NCBI GenBank assembly: GCA_021650915.1
Contig: CP091279.1
Span: 1,740,001-1,772,000 of the forward strand
Length of the DNA stretch: 32,000 bases
Origin: Candidatus Brocadia sp.
Lineage (GTDB): Bacteria; Planctomycetota; Brocadiia; Brocadiales; Brocadiaceae
Reading direction: 5' to 3'
Position numbers and translations under genes: made by a program. The notes beneath the pieces are model-generated. The model saw only the letters and a program-made list of their open reading frames with translations, did no database searches and was not told the DNA's origin. Of the stretch, positions 1-10,657 are shown in pieces; position 1 is the first letter of the stretch, and each line of letters begins with the position of its first letter.

Positions 1-1
1 G

Positions 2-334
2 GTATTGCTCCTCGCACTGATGGCCATTTTTTCTGTCGTACTGGAAAACCTTGGGAACGTCTATGGCGCAAAAAAATTTGGCGCCACACGGTGGGGAATT
101 ATCGGCTCTTTTGTGGGCACAGGCGCAGGATTCTTTATGGGCGGCCCTGTCGGTTTGATTTTAGGGCCTATCGTTGGCACGATTGTCTTTGAATTGATCG
201 GGGGAAAGGGTTACAGGGGGGCATTGAAGTCGGGCGTGGGTAACTTTGTGGGCTTTCTTGGCGGATCACTATTAAAATTGCTTATTGGTCTTGCGATGAT
301 TTCTCTTTTTGTCTGGAAGGTATTCTTTGGATAA
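2..334 (+). CDS. DUF456-family small integral membrane protein, C-terminal ~110 aa (reading frame is open to the left window edge)
   Basis: The frame is open from nt 2 with no upstream stop, and TAA lies at 332-334. Gly-rich TM-like segments (GSFVGTGAGFFMGGPVGLILGPIVG, GNFVGFLGGSLLKLLIGLAMISLF) match my recollection of the DUF456 pattern. The listed TTG at nt 5 is probably not the real start. Confidence 0.55.
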   Translation, partial: VLLLALMAIFSVVLENLGNVYGAKKFGATRWGIIGSFVGTGAGFFMGGPVGLILGPIVGTIVFELIGGKGYRGALKSGVGNFVGFLGGSLLKLLIGLAMISLFVWKVFFG

Positions 335-363
335 TCGCGGGTAACTTTCCGGTTAGATTTTCA

Positions 364-392
364 TTGACGTGAAACACCGGGCGTGTTATATA
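364..392 (+). promoter_or_regulatory. Candidate sigma70-type promoter upstream of the signalling gene
   Basis: TTGACG (364-369), a 17-nt spacer, then TATATA (387-392), about 150 nt upstream of ATG 545. GGAG at 534-537 sits 7 nt before the ATG as a plausible RBS. This is motif match only. Confidence 0.35.
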
Positions 393-544
393 AACCCAGC
401 CGTAGTATCAACGTACCCTGTAAAAAACTCCCTTTTCCAGAAATTGTTACACAACGCCTTCGCCTTCTTTTCATTTAACCCGAACCTTGTATTTGCTACT
501 TCTTGCGTTCTGCCGAAGAGACGTCGTTGGCACGGAGATGAACC

Positions 545-3500
545 ATGAGATTTCTGATTGTCGATAATAACCAGGATGACCGTGAGCAAATCAAGCGGAA
601 TTTTCAAGAGGAATTTTATGCTCCGGAGTTCCTGGAAATCACGAAACGTGAGGATTTTGATGAGGTTATCGGAAAAGGCATCTTCGATGCCGTGATTACC
701 GATTATCGCCTTGACTGGACAGACGGATTATGGATTCTCCGATCGGTCAGGAAACAGTACCCTTCCATGCCGGTAGTCATGATTACCGATCACGGAAGTG
801 AGGAAATCGCCGTGGAAGGAATGAAATCCGGCCTGAGCGACTACATCCTGAAACGGAAACTGCACGATCTGCCCGTTGTGTTGAAAAAGAACCTGATGAA
901 TGCCAGGCTGGGTAAGGGATATAGCACATCAGGAATTCAGAAAAACATTTCTCACGGGCGACATGCGACCACGGAAACCATTTCAGACTACGCATACACG
1001 TTACGCGTTGAATCTGATGGCACCTTCGTCTGTGAATGCGTAACCGATGCCTTTACTCCCCTTACCGGCCATACCCTTGAAGAAATAGACGGGCATGACG
1101 GCTGGTACAGTCTTATCTGTCCGGAAGATAAGACTCTTTTTCTCCAGCACCGGAATTATCTGCTTTCCGGCCAGCCGAAAATAAGTGAATTTCGTATCAT
1201 CACAAAAACCGGAGAAAAGCTCTGGTTGCGTGACTATGCTCAACCGGTGTGGGGAGATGCACAAGGTCGCGTCATCCATATCTATGGCACGGCGCACAAT
1301 ATTACCGAACGCAATCGGGCGGAGGAACGCATCCGTCTCTATGGAGAGATCTTAAATAATCTGCAAATTGGCCTGGTTGTCTGGCAATTAGAGAATATCG
1401 ATGATGTCAAAACCTACAAACTTATTGCCGCTAATTCTGCTGCTGCTCAATGTACCGGTGTGGCATTGGGAAATCTCATCGGAAAGACCATGACAGAGTG
1501 TTTTCCTGCCCTTATGGAAACTGAAGTCCCACAGAGTTATGCAGAGGTTGTCCGTTCCGGGAAGGCAAAGAATATGAAAGAAGATCGCTTTTCCGATTCG
1601 GGCAATTTAAAGACGATCTTTTCCGTCAGGGCCTTTCCACTCACGAATAATTGTGTGGGTATAGCGTTTGTGGACATTACGGAAAGCGAGAAGATACATG
1701 AAGAATTAAAACTCTTTCAATTACTGTTCGCTGAAATAAGAGATCTCGCATATATCTGCGATACGCAGGGCAATATTTTATATGTAAACAATGTTTTTGA
1801 AAAACTTACGGGTCATAAGCCTGAAGAATTCTTTGGAAAATCATTTGCACCTCTGTTTGATGAAGAGAACCTGCAAAAGGCAATGGATTTCCATAAAAGA
1901 ACCGTGGCGGGGGAAAGCCTGCAATTTGAACTCCGGTTTAAAAAAACGGGGATCGTATGCGAATTCAGGAATTTTCAGTTAAGGGACGGAACGGGAAATG
2001 TCCTGAGGACCATTGGTATTGCCCGCGACATCACGGAACGCCGTCGTGCGGAAGAAGCTCTGCAGGAATCACATAAACGACTTACTTCGGTTTTGGATGG
2101 CCTGAGTGCCGTGGTATACGTTGCGGACTTGAAGACCCACGAAATCCTGTATACCAACAAATATTTGAGGGATCTTTTGGGGAATGTCACCGGCAAAATC
2201 TGCTGGCAGACCTTTCAGACAAATCAGGCAAAACCGTGTGATTTTTGCACCAATCACAAACTCCTCGACGCCGACGGAAATCCTGCCGGGGTATACTCCT
2301 GGGAATTTCAGAATACCGTTGACGGCCGGTGGTATGCAATTTCTGACAGGGCAATCACCTGGGTAGACGGCCGTATTGTCCGGCTCGAAATAGCAACCGA
2401 CATCAGCATGCGCAGGCAAACTGAAGAAGCGCTGCGAGAAACAAATCAAACGCTTCAGGCGTTGATTCAAGCCTCTCCGCTGGCTATTATCGCCCTTGAT
2501 TCCCAGGGAAACGTTACCCTGTGGAATCAGGCTGCTGAACGTATGTTTGGCTGGAGTCAGCACGAGGCACTGCATCGTCCTCTCCCGATCGTTCCTGATG
2601 ATAAACAGGAAGAGTCCCGTGCCTTGAGAGAAAGGGTATTGCGCGGCAACTCCTTTACGGGCGCCGAGGTGCGGCGGCAGAAGCGTGATGGGTCCCCGGT
2701 TGACATCAGCCTCTCCACGGCGCCGCTGCTGGATGAACAGGGTAACGCAAAGGGCATCATGGGCGTAATTGCGGACATTACTCACCTCAAACGAACCCGT
2801 GTTATTGACGCGTTGCTTCACGAAATTGACCAATTTGTACTGCAGGGACAGCCACCGGATGTTATCCTGCCATATGTATGCACGCGCCTTACGGAAATAT
2901 TTGCCCATCCCCTGGTATGGATCGGCATGAAAGAAACCGATGGCACGGTAAGCATCTCAGCGCAAGCCGGCGCCCAGGAAAGTTACCTCAGGGGCTTCAA
3001 GGCACGATGGAAAGATATTCCTGAGCATGAGTGCATCATTGGCCTTGCCATTCGCACCGGAAAGTCACAGACCATCGATGCGCAAGAACCAGCTTTTCAG
3101 CAATGCCGGGAACGGGCCCGTCAGTATGGATTGCAATCCTTCCTTGTAGTTCCCTTATTTTCTGAGGACAAGGTGATTGGTACGTTACATTTGTACGATC
3201 ACAAGACGCATGTCTTTGACGCTGGAACAATTCGCGTGCTGGAAAACCTGGCTGCCCGTATCAGCATTGCCTTGTTGGTTGCAAGAGATCAGCAACGCCT
3301 GCGTCTGCACAGCGCCGCAATGGCAGCGGTGGCCAATGCCGTATTTATTACGGATAACAAGGGACTCATTACGTGGGTCAATGATGCATTTACCCGGCTG
3401 AGTGGATACACCCCTGATGAGGTCTGTGATCAGACCCCGCGCTTGTTCAAATCAGGCCGGCATGATCTCACATTCTATCAGCAGATGTGGCAGACGATAA

Positions 3501-4981
3501 TCGCCGGAAAGGTCTGGTGTGGGGAAGTTGTAAACTGTCACAAAGACGGCCGTTTTTACACCGTGAATCAGACTATTACTCCCCTCCTGGATCAGAATGG
3601 AAAGACACACCACTTTGTTGCGGTGCATGAGGACATTACGGAAAAGAAGGAGGCAGAAAAGCAAATGGTGTACATGGCACATTATGACGCATTAACCCAT
3701 CTGCCGAACCGTATCTTGTTTACCGACCGTCTGCGCCAGGAAATGATTCATGCAAATCGGAATAAGAGGCTGACATCGGTGATATTCCTTGATTTGGACC
3801 GGTTTAAAACGATTAACGATACGCTGGGGCACGCCTTTGGCGATCTGTTGCTGAAGGCTCTCGCGGACCGCCTGAAGAATTGTATCCGTGAGGGAGATAC
3901 GGTGTCACGGCTGGGAGGCGACGAATTTATTTTTATCATCTCAGACATCAGCCATCCGCAGGACGCTGCCCTTATAGCGCAAAAAATCCTTAACGTCCTG
4001 TCTGCCTCTTTTCACCTTGAGGGACACGAAGTGCACGTAGCCTCCAGCATAGGTATCGCTATCTATCCGCTAGATGCAAATGACATAGACAATCTGATTA
4101 AAAAGGCTGACATTGCTATGTACCATGCCAAAGAACAGGGTGGAAACACCTTCAAGTTCTACATGGAAGACATGAATATTAATAACTATGAACGACTCCT
4201 GCTGGAGAATGACCTCCGCAAAGCGCTGGCAAAAGGCGAGCTGACCGTGTACTACCAGCCGCAGGTGGATCAGAACACCGGTACGATCATGAGCATGGAG
4301 GCGTTGCTACGCTGGCGGCATCCTAACCGGGGAATGCTCTACCCTGAAAAATTCATTTCCATAGCTGAAGAAACCGGCCTCATTATCCCCATAGGCGAAT
4401 GGGTGCTGATGACCGCATGCGCTCAAACCAGGGCATGGCACGATGCAGGGTTTCCCACGCTCCGTATTACCGTTAATGTTTCCGTACGCCAGTTTAAACA
4501 ACAGAATCTGGTGAACATAATTGCCCGTGTGTTGCAGGAAACTGGTCTTGATCCGAATTTTCTGGAGCTGGAACTTACGGAAGGCATTATCATGCAGAAC
4601 GACATGGCTATTCTCGCCACGCTTCAGGAGTTGAAATCCTTTGGCGTCCACTTTTCTATCGATGATTTTGGCACCGAATACTCGTCTCTCAGCTATCTGA
4701 AACGCTTTCCCATTGACACCCTCAAGATTGACCGGTCATTTGTGCAGGATATTACGACAAACCCGGATGACGCGGCAATTGTCACCGCAATCATTGCCGT
4801 AGCAAAAAGTCTCAAGCTGGAGATCGTTGCCGAGGGTGTCGAAAGCAAAGAACAGGCAGATTTTCTTCGTGAACTTCATTGCAGTAATATTCAGGGATAT
4901 CTTTACAGCCAGCCGTTATCAGCAGGCGACATAGACCATCTCCTGCAAAAAGGCATAACCCTGAGTTTCAAACCTCAATAA
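545..4981 (+). CDS. Multidomain c-di-GMP signalling protein: REC, five PAS, GAF, one PAS, GGDEF, EAL
   Basis: 1478-aa ORF. The N-terminal receiver has the acceptor context VITDYRL, MITDHG and DYILK. Repeated PAS units end in DITER(R/N)RAEE-type linkers. A GAF-like block spans roughly aa 770-915. The GGDEF motif is intact (RLGGDEFIF). EAL signatures are intact (MEALLRW, DDFGTEYSSLSYL, KIDRSF, EGVES, QGYLYSQP). Confidence 0.9.
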   Translation: MRFLIVDNNQDDREQIKRNFQEEFYAPEFLEITKREDFDEVIGKGIFDAVITDYRLDWTDGLWILRSVRKQYPSMPVVMITDHGSEEIAVEGMKSGLSDYILKRKLHDLPVVLKKNLMNARLGKGYSTSGIQKNISHGRHATTETISDYAYTLRVESDGTFVCECVTDAFTPLTGHTLEEIDGHDGWYSLICPEDKTLFLQHRNYLLSGQPKISEFRIITKTGEKLWLRDYAQPVWGDAQGRVIHIYGTAHNITERNRAEERIRLYGEILNNLQIGLVVWQLENIDDVKTYKLIAANSAAAQCTGVALGNLIGKTMTECFPALMETEVPQSYAEVVRSGKAKNMKEDRFSDSGNLKTIFSVRAFPLTNNCVGIAFVDITESEKIHEELKLFQLLFAEIRDLAYICDTQGNILYVNNVFEKLTGHKPEEFFGKSFAPLFDEENLQKAMDFHKRTVAGESLQFELRFKKTGIVCEFRNFQLRDGTGNVLRTIGIARDITERRRAEEALQESHKRLTSVLDGLSAVVYVADLKTHEILYTNKYLRDLLGNVTGKICWQTFQTNQAKPCDFCTNHKLLDADGNPAGVYSWEFQNTVDGRWYAISDRAITWVDGRIVRLEIATDISMRRQTEEALRETNQTLQALIQASPLAIIALDSQGNVTLWNQAAERMFGWSQHEALHRPLPIVPDDKQEESRALRERVLRGNSFTGAEVRRQKRDGSPVDISLSTAPLLDEQGNAKGIMGVIADITHLKRTRVIDALLHEIDQFVLQGQPPDVILPYVCTRLTEIFAHPLVWIGMKETDGTVSISAQAGAQESYLRGFKARWKDIPEHECIIGLAIRTGKSQTIDAQEPAFQQCRERARQYGLQSFLVVPLFSEDKVIGTLHLYDHKTHVFDAGTIRVLENLAARISIALLVARDQQRLRLHSAAMAAVANAVFITDNKGLITWVNDAFTRLSGYTPDEVCDQTPRLFKSGRHDLTFYQQMWQTIIAGKVWCGEVVNCHKDGRFYTVNQTITPLLDQNGKTHHFVAVHEDITEKKEAEKQMVYMAHYDALTHLPNRILFTDRLRQEMIHANRNKRLTSVIFLDLDRFKTINDTLGHAFGDLLLKALADRLKNCIREGDTVSRLGGDEFIFIISDISHPQDAALIAQKILNVLSASFHLEGHEVHVASSIGIAIYPLDANDIDNLIKKADIAMYHAKEQGGNTFKFYMEDMNINNYERLLLENDLRKALAKGELTVYYQPQVDQNTGTIMSMEALLRWRHPNRGMLYPEKFISIAEETGLIIPIGEWVLMTACAQTRAWHDAGFPTLRITVNVSVRQFKQQNLVNIIARVLQETGLDPNFLELELTEGIIMQNDMAILATLQELKSFGVHFSIDDFGTEYSSLSYLKRFPIDTLKIDRSFVQDITTNPDDAAIVTAIIAVAKSLKLEIVAEGVESKEQADFLRELHCSNIQGYLYSQPLSAGDIDHLLQKGITLSFKPQ

Positions 4982-5134
4982 TACGTCATCAGGAATTCCC
5001 TGTCGCAACGAAAGTTCACCCTTGCGGGGAACACATAGCGTCACACAGCCGCAGCCAGGTTCCTTCTAAAAGATGCTGGGTTGGTGTTTAAAAACGTACC
5101 GTGAAAAGAACGATTTTGCGCCGTACCCCGCTTA

Positions 5135-6379
5135 TTATCCATCCATATTCCTGATTATCTCATCAGCGAATTCGGAACATTTCACCAGTCTGGCGCCGGT
5201 CATCTGGCGTTCGAGATCATACGTTACCGTCTTGCGCCGGATCGTCTTTTCCAGTGCGCACACGATCATCGTTGCGGCATCGCTCCATCCAAGGTGTTCA
5301 AACATCATGACCCCGGACAAAATAACCGAGCCCGGATTGACCTTATCCTGCCCCGCGTATTTCGGGGCGGTGCCGTGCGTGGCCTCAAACACGGCAGCCT
5401 TGTCTCCTATATTTGCTCCGGGCGCCATGCCCAAACCGCCAACCTGCGCGGCACAGGCGTCGGAGATATAGTCGCCATTGAGATTCGGCGTGGCAATCAC
5501 GTCATATTCCTCCGGCCTTAAAAGCACCTGCTGGAACATTGCGTCGGCAATCCTGTCCTTTATCACAATCTTCCCTTTCGGCACAACACCGGTATGTTTC
5601 CTGAAAACGTCATCTTCCGTGATAATATATTTTGCAAATTCTTCCTTTGCCACCTCGTAACCCCATTCACGAAAGGCGCCTTCGGTAAACTTCATAATAT
5701 TCCCTTTATGCATAAGGGTTACGCTCCTGAGTCCCTTATCGATAGCATATTGTATGGCGCGTCGCACCAGCCTTTTTGAGCCGACAACACTCATGGGCTT
5801 GATGCCAATGCCAGAATCCCTTCGGATCTTTTTCCCCAGTTCCTGATCAAGGAATGCAATGAGTTTCTTTGCCTCAGAAGACCCTTTTTTGTATTCGATC
5901 CCTGCATAGACATCTTCCGTATTTTCACGGAAGATGACGACGTTGAGTTTTTCGGGAGATTTTACCGGACACGGCACACCTTCAAAATACCGCACCGGAC
6001 GGACGCAGGCGTACAAATCGAGTTCCTGGCGAAGGGCGACATTAAGACTTCTGATACCTCCGCCTACCGGCGTGGTAAGCGGCCCCTTAATAGCGACTTT
6101 ATATTTCCTGATGGCATTCAGGGTCTCTTTGGGAAGCCATTCCCCCCGCTCTTTAAAGGCACATTCCCCTGCATAGATCTCCTGCCAGGAGATACATTTT
6201 TTTGTCTTGTAGGCCTTGCTCACCGCCGCATCAAATACGCGGACGGATGCGTCCCAGATATCCGGTCCCGTGCCATCCCCCCGGATGAAGGGGATAACGG
6301 GATTGTCGGGAACAACCAGACGATTCTTTTCTATTTTTATCACCTCACCACAACCGGAAATGCTCTTCATTTTAGACAA
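5135..6379 (-). CDS. icd: NADP-dependent isocitrate dehydrogenase (prokaryotic homodimeric type)
   Basis: 414 aa with [39 protein letters not shown] and [11 protein letters not shown] motifs typical of Icd. A TTG start at 6379 is preceded by AAGGAGG at 7-nt spacing. An in-frame ATG at 6370 is the alternative start. Confidence 0.9.
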   Translation of the reverse strand: MSKMKSISGCGEVIKIEKNRLVVPDNPVIPFIRGDGTGPDIWDASVRVFDAAVSKAYKTKKCISWQEIYAGECAFKERGEWLPKETLNAIRKYKVAIKGPLTTPVGGGIRSLNVALRQELDLYACVRPVRYFEGVPCPVKSPEKLNVVIFRENTEDVYAGIEYKKGSSEAKKLIAFLDQELGKKIRRDSGIGIKPMSVVGSKRLVRRAIQYAIDKGLRSVTLMHKGNIMKFTEGAFREWGYEVAKEEFAKYIITEDDVFRKHTGVVPKGKIVIKDRIADAMFQQVLLRPEEYDVIATPNLNGDYISDACAAQVGGLGMAPGANIGDKAAVFEATHGTAPKYAGQDKVNPGSVILSGVMMFEHLGWSDAATMIVCALEKTIRRKTVTYDLERQMTGARLVKCSEFADEIIRNMDG

Positions 6380-6384
6380 CTTCT

Positions 6385-9225
6385 CTACCTCCTTATTTTG
6401 TTTGAAATTTTTACCAGTAAGTCCTGTGCCTCCTGATCGCCGGGACTGAGCGCAAGGGTCTTCTGCGCCGTCTTCTCAGCAAGTTCGTACTGGTGTCTGT
6501 TGTAATACATGATACTGAGGAATTTATACGCTGCAATCGATTTTTCATCACACTGAATTGCCTGTTCGCATTCAGAGGCAACCTTGTCCCAGTCCGCATT
6601 TTTCAGGTATAGCTCCGCTAAAAGTATATGAATATTTGCAAAGGCATGTTTCGGATAGCTCTTCGTGAACGTCTGAAGGATTTGTTTTGCTTCGGCATAT
6701 TGGCCTTTTCTGACAAGGGTATCAGCAAGGTTGTACGTATAAAGGGGATTATCAGGTCTCAAGGCTATCGCCTTCTGAAATGACCGGATTGCATGGTCGC
6801 GCATTTCTTCTTTTTGATACATCACCCCAAGATTATTATGGTAATCCGCCACGGATGGGTTAAGGTCGATCAGTTTTTCATAACAGGATATCGACTCAGT
6901 GAGATTTCCCAGGGAAAGATACAGTTTTGCCAAATTTTCCTGGTACATAGGCTCTTTTGGTTCTCGTTCTATCGCCCCTCTGAATGCATGAATTGCCTCT
7001 TCATACCTGCCCATTTTACCGAGGATGGCGCCGAGATTATTATAAGAAGCAGGGTCTGACGGATTCAACTTCACCGATTTCCTTGCAAAAATGAGGGCGT
7101 GATCCAGGTCTCCTTTCTGTGCATACGCGCTGGCCAACCGGTACACCGCATTCAGGTCGTCTTGCCGGATCAGGTAGGCCTTGAGCAATTCTTCAATCGC
7201 CTGGTCCGTAGCTCCCTTTTTGCTATATAAAGAGGCGAGGTTGCTGTGAAAAACGGACTGAAAGGGGTCTGCGTCAATTGCCTTTTCATACCAGGCAATA
7301 GCGCTGTCTGTCGTATTTTTGCCGTAGCGATCTGACAGGAACTGGTGAATCATCCCCAGATGAAAAAATCCCATGAAGTGTTCCGGGATCAGCCGCAAGG
7401 TATTCTGGGCCTCCGTGTATGCCTTTTGTATCCAGGTCTCATGGTTTGTCTTCAACGCAACGTGCAGATATGTTCTGCAAAGTTCATCACGGTAAAAGGT
7501 CTCGTAGGGATTAAGAAACACGGCATGCCTGATATAAGGCGCTCCCTTTTCTGCCGCCGTCAGCAGATTTTCCTTCTCGTACTCCATGATCCTGCGCCCA
7601 TATTCAAAACAGGCGTCCGCTCGATACACCCGAAGGATAAAGACAGAAGCAAATCCAAGAGCGGCCAGCGCTATGCCGCAACCTGTCCATTGCAAGGAAA
7701 TGCGCAGGCGGGAAACAGGGAGGATGAAAGACTGCGCATATCCGGATTTTTCCTCTTCACAACTCCCACCGGCTTCCGCGTTGCGCACATCAACCGCCAA
7801 CGCCCCTTCGTTTATTTTTATCACGGCGATGCAAAGCCCCAGCATCACCCAGAAAAGGGATACAATCGGGGTGTTCCCGAAACTGAATTCGTTTTGGATA
7901 AGATAACATACGATTCCGGCCAGGAGTCCCAGTACAAGAAGCTTGCTCCGGCCATCCAACCGTTTATACGTTTTGCCAACAAAAGCGCCGAAGGCAGTGA
8001 GGAGCCAGATATAGGTGCCAAGGCCAATGATACCGCGGGTGACGGTTATATCAAGGATATCGTTGTGGATCCTATCCTGCCGGGGAAACGGAAAACCATG
8101 GTCGCGTTCACGGACAGCATATACCTTTGCCAAATTCTTCTGATAAAGAATGCCTATCGTATCAGGGCCAATTCCCAGAACAGGGTAGTCTTTTATGATG
8201 CGCAATGCCGCCAAATACTGAAATATACGGGAAAAAGAGGAGCCAGTAACAGAAAACTTACTGGCAATCCAGGGCCTCTTAAGAGTCTGGCCGTTGTCTG
8301 AAACCGGATCGTCTGCCGGAGCCTCCGTTGCTTGCACATCAGCCGTGAAATGTTTAATAACCGACGTTTCGTGTCGTACATTAAAAAATATCCCAATAAG
8401 AACGAATACCGTAATGAGCGCTGCGCATTTACCTCTTTTCCCGGTCTCTTTTTTGAAAATGAAAAACAAGAGCGGCGCCAAACCTCCCAAGAGCGCCACA
8501 AAACATGCACGGGTATTGGTAAGCCAAAAGGCAGTATACATGACCGACGGTACGACAAAGAAAATCCACCCCAGGCACGAACTCTTTGAACCAGGCGATT
8601 CTTCCTGCCGGAAAGGAATAAGGAAAAAAAGAACCGTGGCTATCGGCAAAGTCATGACCAGATAGGCGGAAAAGAAGACGGGGTTTCCGAAGGTGGAGAA
8701 TACCCGTCTCGCCTCAAAACTGCTCCATCGGAACATGTCATATCCAAGGTGCTGTGCAATCCCGTAGCACGATGCGAGAATAGCGCTGGCAAGAATGGCG
8801 GTGATAAGAAGGAATATCCGTTTTCTGGTCGTTATAAAATTGACCGTGGCGTAGAAAAGAAAGAGATAACATACCGTAGCGGTCAAACCCTCAAATCGCT
8901 TATACGTGCCAAAAAGGCTCATGAGGGGGTTTATGGACACGATCGTTGAAATGATAAAGACACCGGCATAGGCAAGGATGGGTACGTCTAAAGCGGTTCG
9001 TATAAAGGTAAAACGCTGCTTGCATGCTGCCAAAATAATCCAGAAAGCCAGGAGGATCGCCGTGAGTAAATATAAGACCGTTACCTTGCTCAGATCGAAG
9101 ACGCTGTAAATGCGTATATCAAAAAAGAGCGGGACGATGACCACAGTCGCAAGTAAGAAGCCGATGATTACTTTCTCGCAATACAGCGAAAGGGTCTCAA
9201 GGCTATTTTTCATTGCATCATTCAT
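6385..9225 (-). CDS. O-antigen-ligase-like (Wzy_C) polytopic membrane protein with a long C-terminal TPR region
   Basis: 946 aa. The N-terminal ~480 aa hold many hydrophobic helices and an RIHNDILD...GIIGLG block like the Wzy_C/O-antigen ligase signature. The C-terminal ~400 aa are tandem 34-aa TPR-like repeats (A..Y..A...P....Y.NLG pattern). Confidence 0.8.
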   Translation of the reverse strand: MNDAMKNSLETLSLYCEKVIIGFLLATVVIVPLFFDIRIYSVFDLSKVTVLYLLTAILLAFWIILAACKQRFTFIRTALDVPILAYAGVFIISTIVSINPLMSLFGTYKRFEGLTATVCYLFLFYATVNFITTRKRIFLLITAILASAILASCYGIAQHLGYDMFRWSSFEARRVFSTFGNPVFFSAYLVMTLPIATVLFFLIPFRQEESPGSKSSCLGWIFFVVPSVMYTAFWLTNTRACFVALLGGLAPLLFFIFKKETGKRGKCAALITVFVLIGIFFNVRHETSVIKHFTADVQATEAPADDPVSDNGQTLKRPWIASKFSVTGSSFSRIFQYLAALRIIKDYPVLGIGPDTIGILYQKNLAKVYAVRERDHGFPFPRQDRIHNDILDITVTRGIIGLGTYIWLLTAFGAFVGKTYKRLDGRSKLLVLGLLAGIVCYLIQNEFSFGNTPIVSLFWVMLGLCIAVIKINEGALAVDVRNAEAGGSCEEEKSGYAQSFILPVSRLRISLQWTGCGIALAALGFASVFILRVYRADACFEYGRRIMEYEKENLLTAAEKGAPYIRHAVFLNPYETFYRDELCRTYLHVALKTNHETWIQKAYTEAQNTLRLIPEHFMGFFHLGMIHQFLSDRYGKNTTDSAIAWYEKAIDADPFQSVFHSNLASLYSKKGATDQAIEELLKAYLIRQDDLNAVYRLASAYAQKGDLDHALIFARKSVKLNPSDPASYNNLGAILGKMGRYEEAIHAFRGAIEREPKEPMYQENLAKLYLSLGNLTESISCYEKLIDLNPSVADYHNNLGVMYQKEEMRDHAIRSFQKAIALRPDNPLYTYNLADTLVRKGQYAEAKQILQTFTKSYPKHAFANIHILLAELYLKNADWDKVASECEQAIQCDEKSIAAYKFLSIMYYNRHQYELAEKTAQKTLALSPGDQEAQDLLVKISNKIRR

Positions 9226-9307
9226 GCTTTTGAGTACAATCTATGCGAATCCCTTGCCGGCGCCAGGAGGGCGCCCTTGCTTAATTTTAGATATTTCCCT
9301 ACGCACG

Positions 9308-10447
9308 GTGAAGATCGCTATTAATACAACATCTGCTGTTGCCGGAGGCGGCGTTACCTACCTGAAAAACCTGCTGGTATCGTTATCAAAACTGAATACG
9401 ACTCACCGCTATCTCATCCTGACAACCCGCGCAGGGAAGGACCTCTTCTTTTTTCCTCATCCCCGTTTCACCTTTTTGTCTTTTCGGATGCCTTCAAAAA
9501 ACACCCTCTTACGTCTTTGCTGGGAACAGTTCTTCTTGCCCCGTATCCTCAAAAGGAAGCGCGTTACCCTGCTGTTTTCTCCGGCAAATGTGTGCCCTCT
9601 TCTTGGCCGTCTTACAAACGTAGTTATGATACAGAACATCGAACCTTTTAGCAATAGGGTTCCGGAAAAGCGCCGTTTCCTGCAGCGTATCCGGCTAAAA
9701 TCCCTGAAACTGCTCACGATTCTGTCGGTACGGAAAGCCCGGACAACAATCTTCCCCTCTCTAAAAGCCCGCAGCGATATCGAAAAATCGGGGGTTATGA
9801 TGAGACACGCCGAAGTGATTTACCACAGCATGAACCGGGAACTATTTCACCCCTTTCGTGAGAATGATGACGCCTTGCTCCAATGCAAGAAAAAATATCA
9901 GGTGAATTCCTTTATTCTCTTTGTATCCAACATTCAGAGATACAAAAACGTCTTTGAACTTATCAGGGCATTTGTCTTGCTGAGGGACACCATAGACAAC
10001 GCCTTGCAGCTTGTCCTTGCGGGAACCTGCCCCGACAGGAAATATTATAATGAGATGAAGTCTTTTATCATCCGGGAAGGATATGAGCGCCGGATCCTCT
10101 TTTTGGGGAATGTCCCCTATGAAGACCTGCCCCATTTATACGCTGCCTGCACCTTGTTTGTCTATCCTTCCACGTGCGAATCGTTTGGAATGACCCTGGT
10201 GGAGGCAATGGCCTGCGGCGCCCCGGTCCTTGCATCCGACAGGGAGCCAATGCAGGAAATTTGCGCGGATGCGGCCATCTATTTTGATCCCATGGACCCA
10301 ACTGCCATCGCCGATGTAATCAGGAAGACGATCAGGAACCACGATCTCCTCTCCGCATTAAAAATAAATTCCCTGGAACGGGCAAAGGCATTTTCCTGGG
10401 AAAATACGGCAAGAGACACATTAAAAGCCCTTACCAACATGCACTGA
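9308..10447 (+). CDS. Glycosyltransferase family 4 (GT-B fold)
   Basis: The C-terminal ESFGMTLVEAMACGAPVLASD (E-x7-E) motif and overall layout are GT4-like. I place the start at GTG 9308 (VKIAINTTS..., the usual first beta-strand). The longer ORF from 9110 would overlap the divergent gene and adds non-GT sequence. The start codon remains uncertain. Confidence 0.75.
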   Translation: MKIAINTTSAVAGGGVTYLKNLLVSLSKLNTTHRYLILTTRAGKDLFFFPHPRFTFLSFRMPSKNTLLRLCWEQFFLPRILKRKRVTLLFSPANVCPLLGRLTNVVMIQNIEPFSNRVPEKRRFLQRIRLKSLKLLTILSVRKARTTIFPSLKARSDIEKSGVMMRHAEVIYHSMNRELFHPFRENDDALLQCKKKYQVNSFILFVSNIQRYKNVFELIRAFVLLRDTIDNALQLVLAGTCPDRKYYNEMKSFIIREGYERRILFLGNVPYEDLPHLYAACTLFVYPSTCESFGMTLVEAMACGAPVLASDREPMQEICADAAIYFDPMDPTAIADVIRKTIRNHDLLSALKINSLERAKAFSWENTARDTLKALTNMH

Positions 10448-10546
10448 ATTGCAACCATTGAGCTTTTTGGAGGAACGGTCCGGTACCTGCGGGCCATTTC
10501 AGCAGGAGCAAAGTAATTTTTGATATGAACTCTATCCCCTCTGCAT

Positions 10547-10577
10547 GGCTGGCTCAATCTGCAAGGCTGAACGAGCC
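10547..10577. repeat. Degenerate solo hairpin of the GGTTCA family
   Basis: ggctggctcaatctgcaaggctgaacgagcc is an imperfect palindrome. It has the same ..TCA-N-tgcaag-N-TGA.. layout as the 3' hairpin of the repeat units downstream. Confidence 0.4.
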
Positions 10578-10657
10578 TGGCAGCTCAGCGTGAATTTCAA
10601 ATACCCTCATGATCCCATCACTTACAGGAGGAAACAGGATGGTGTGCAGTGCCATTA

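Noticed and set aside
2237-2257. Possible c-type haem-binding motif (CXXCH) in the Cys-rich PAS unit
   Set aside because: The sequence is C-D-F-C-T-N-H, which is CXXCXXH and not CXXCH. The protein also has no signal peptide.
2069-2908. 279-aa ORF antisense to the signalling gene, plus other antisense ORFs within 783-4651
   Set aside because: They are fully embedded antisense to a strongly supported multidomain CDS and contain no recognisable motifs.
5073-5471. 132-aa plus-strand ORF overlapping the 3' end of icd
   Set aside because: It is antisense to icd and no domain is recognisable.
7345-8301. 318-aa ORF antisense to the Wzy_C/TPR gene, plus 7586-7906, 8294-8665 and 8332-8589
   Set aside because: They are embedded antisense to a supported CDS, and their Arg/Lys-rich composition is typical of antisense frames.
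9110-9307. Long N-terminal extension of the GT4 ORF (start at 9110 or 9224)
   Set aside because: It would overlap the divergently transcribed 946-aa gene, and it adds sequence unlike GT4 N-termini. GTG 9308 gives the canonical (M)KIAI... first strand. The start remains uncertain.
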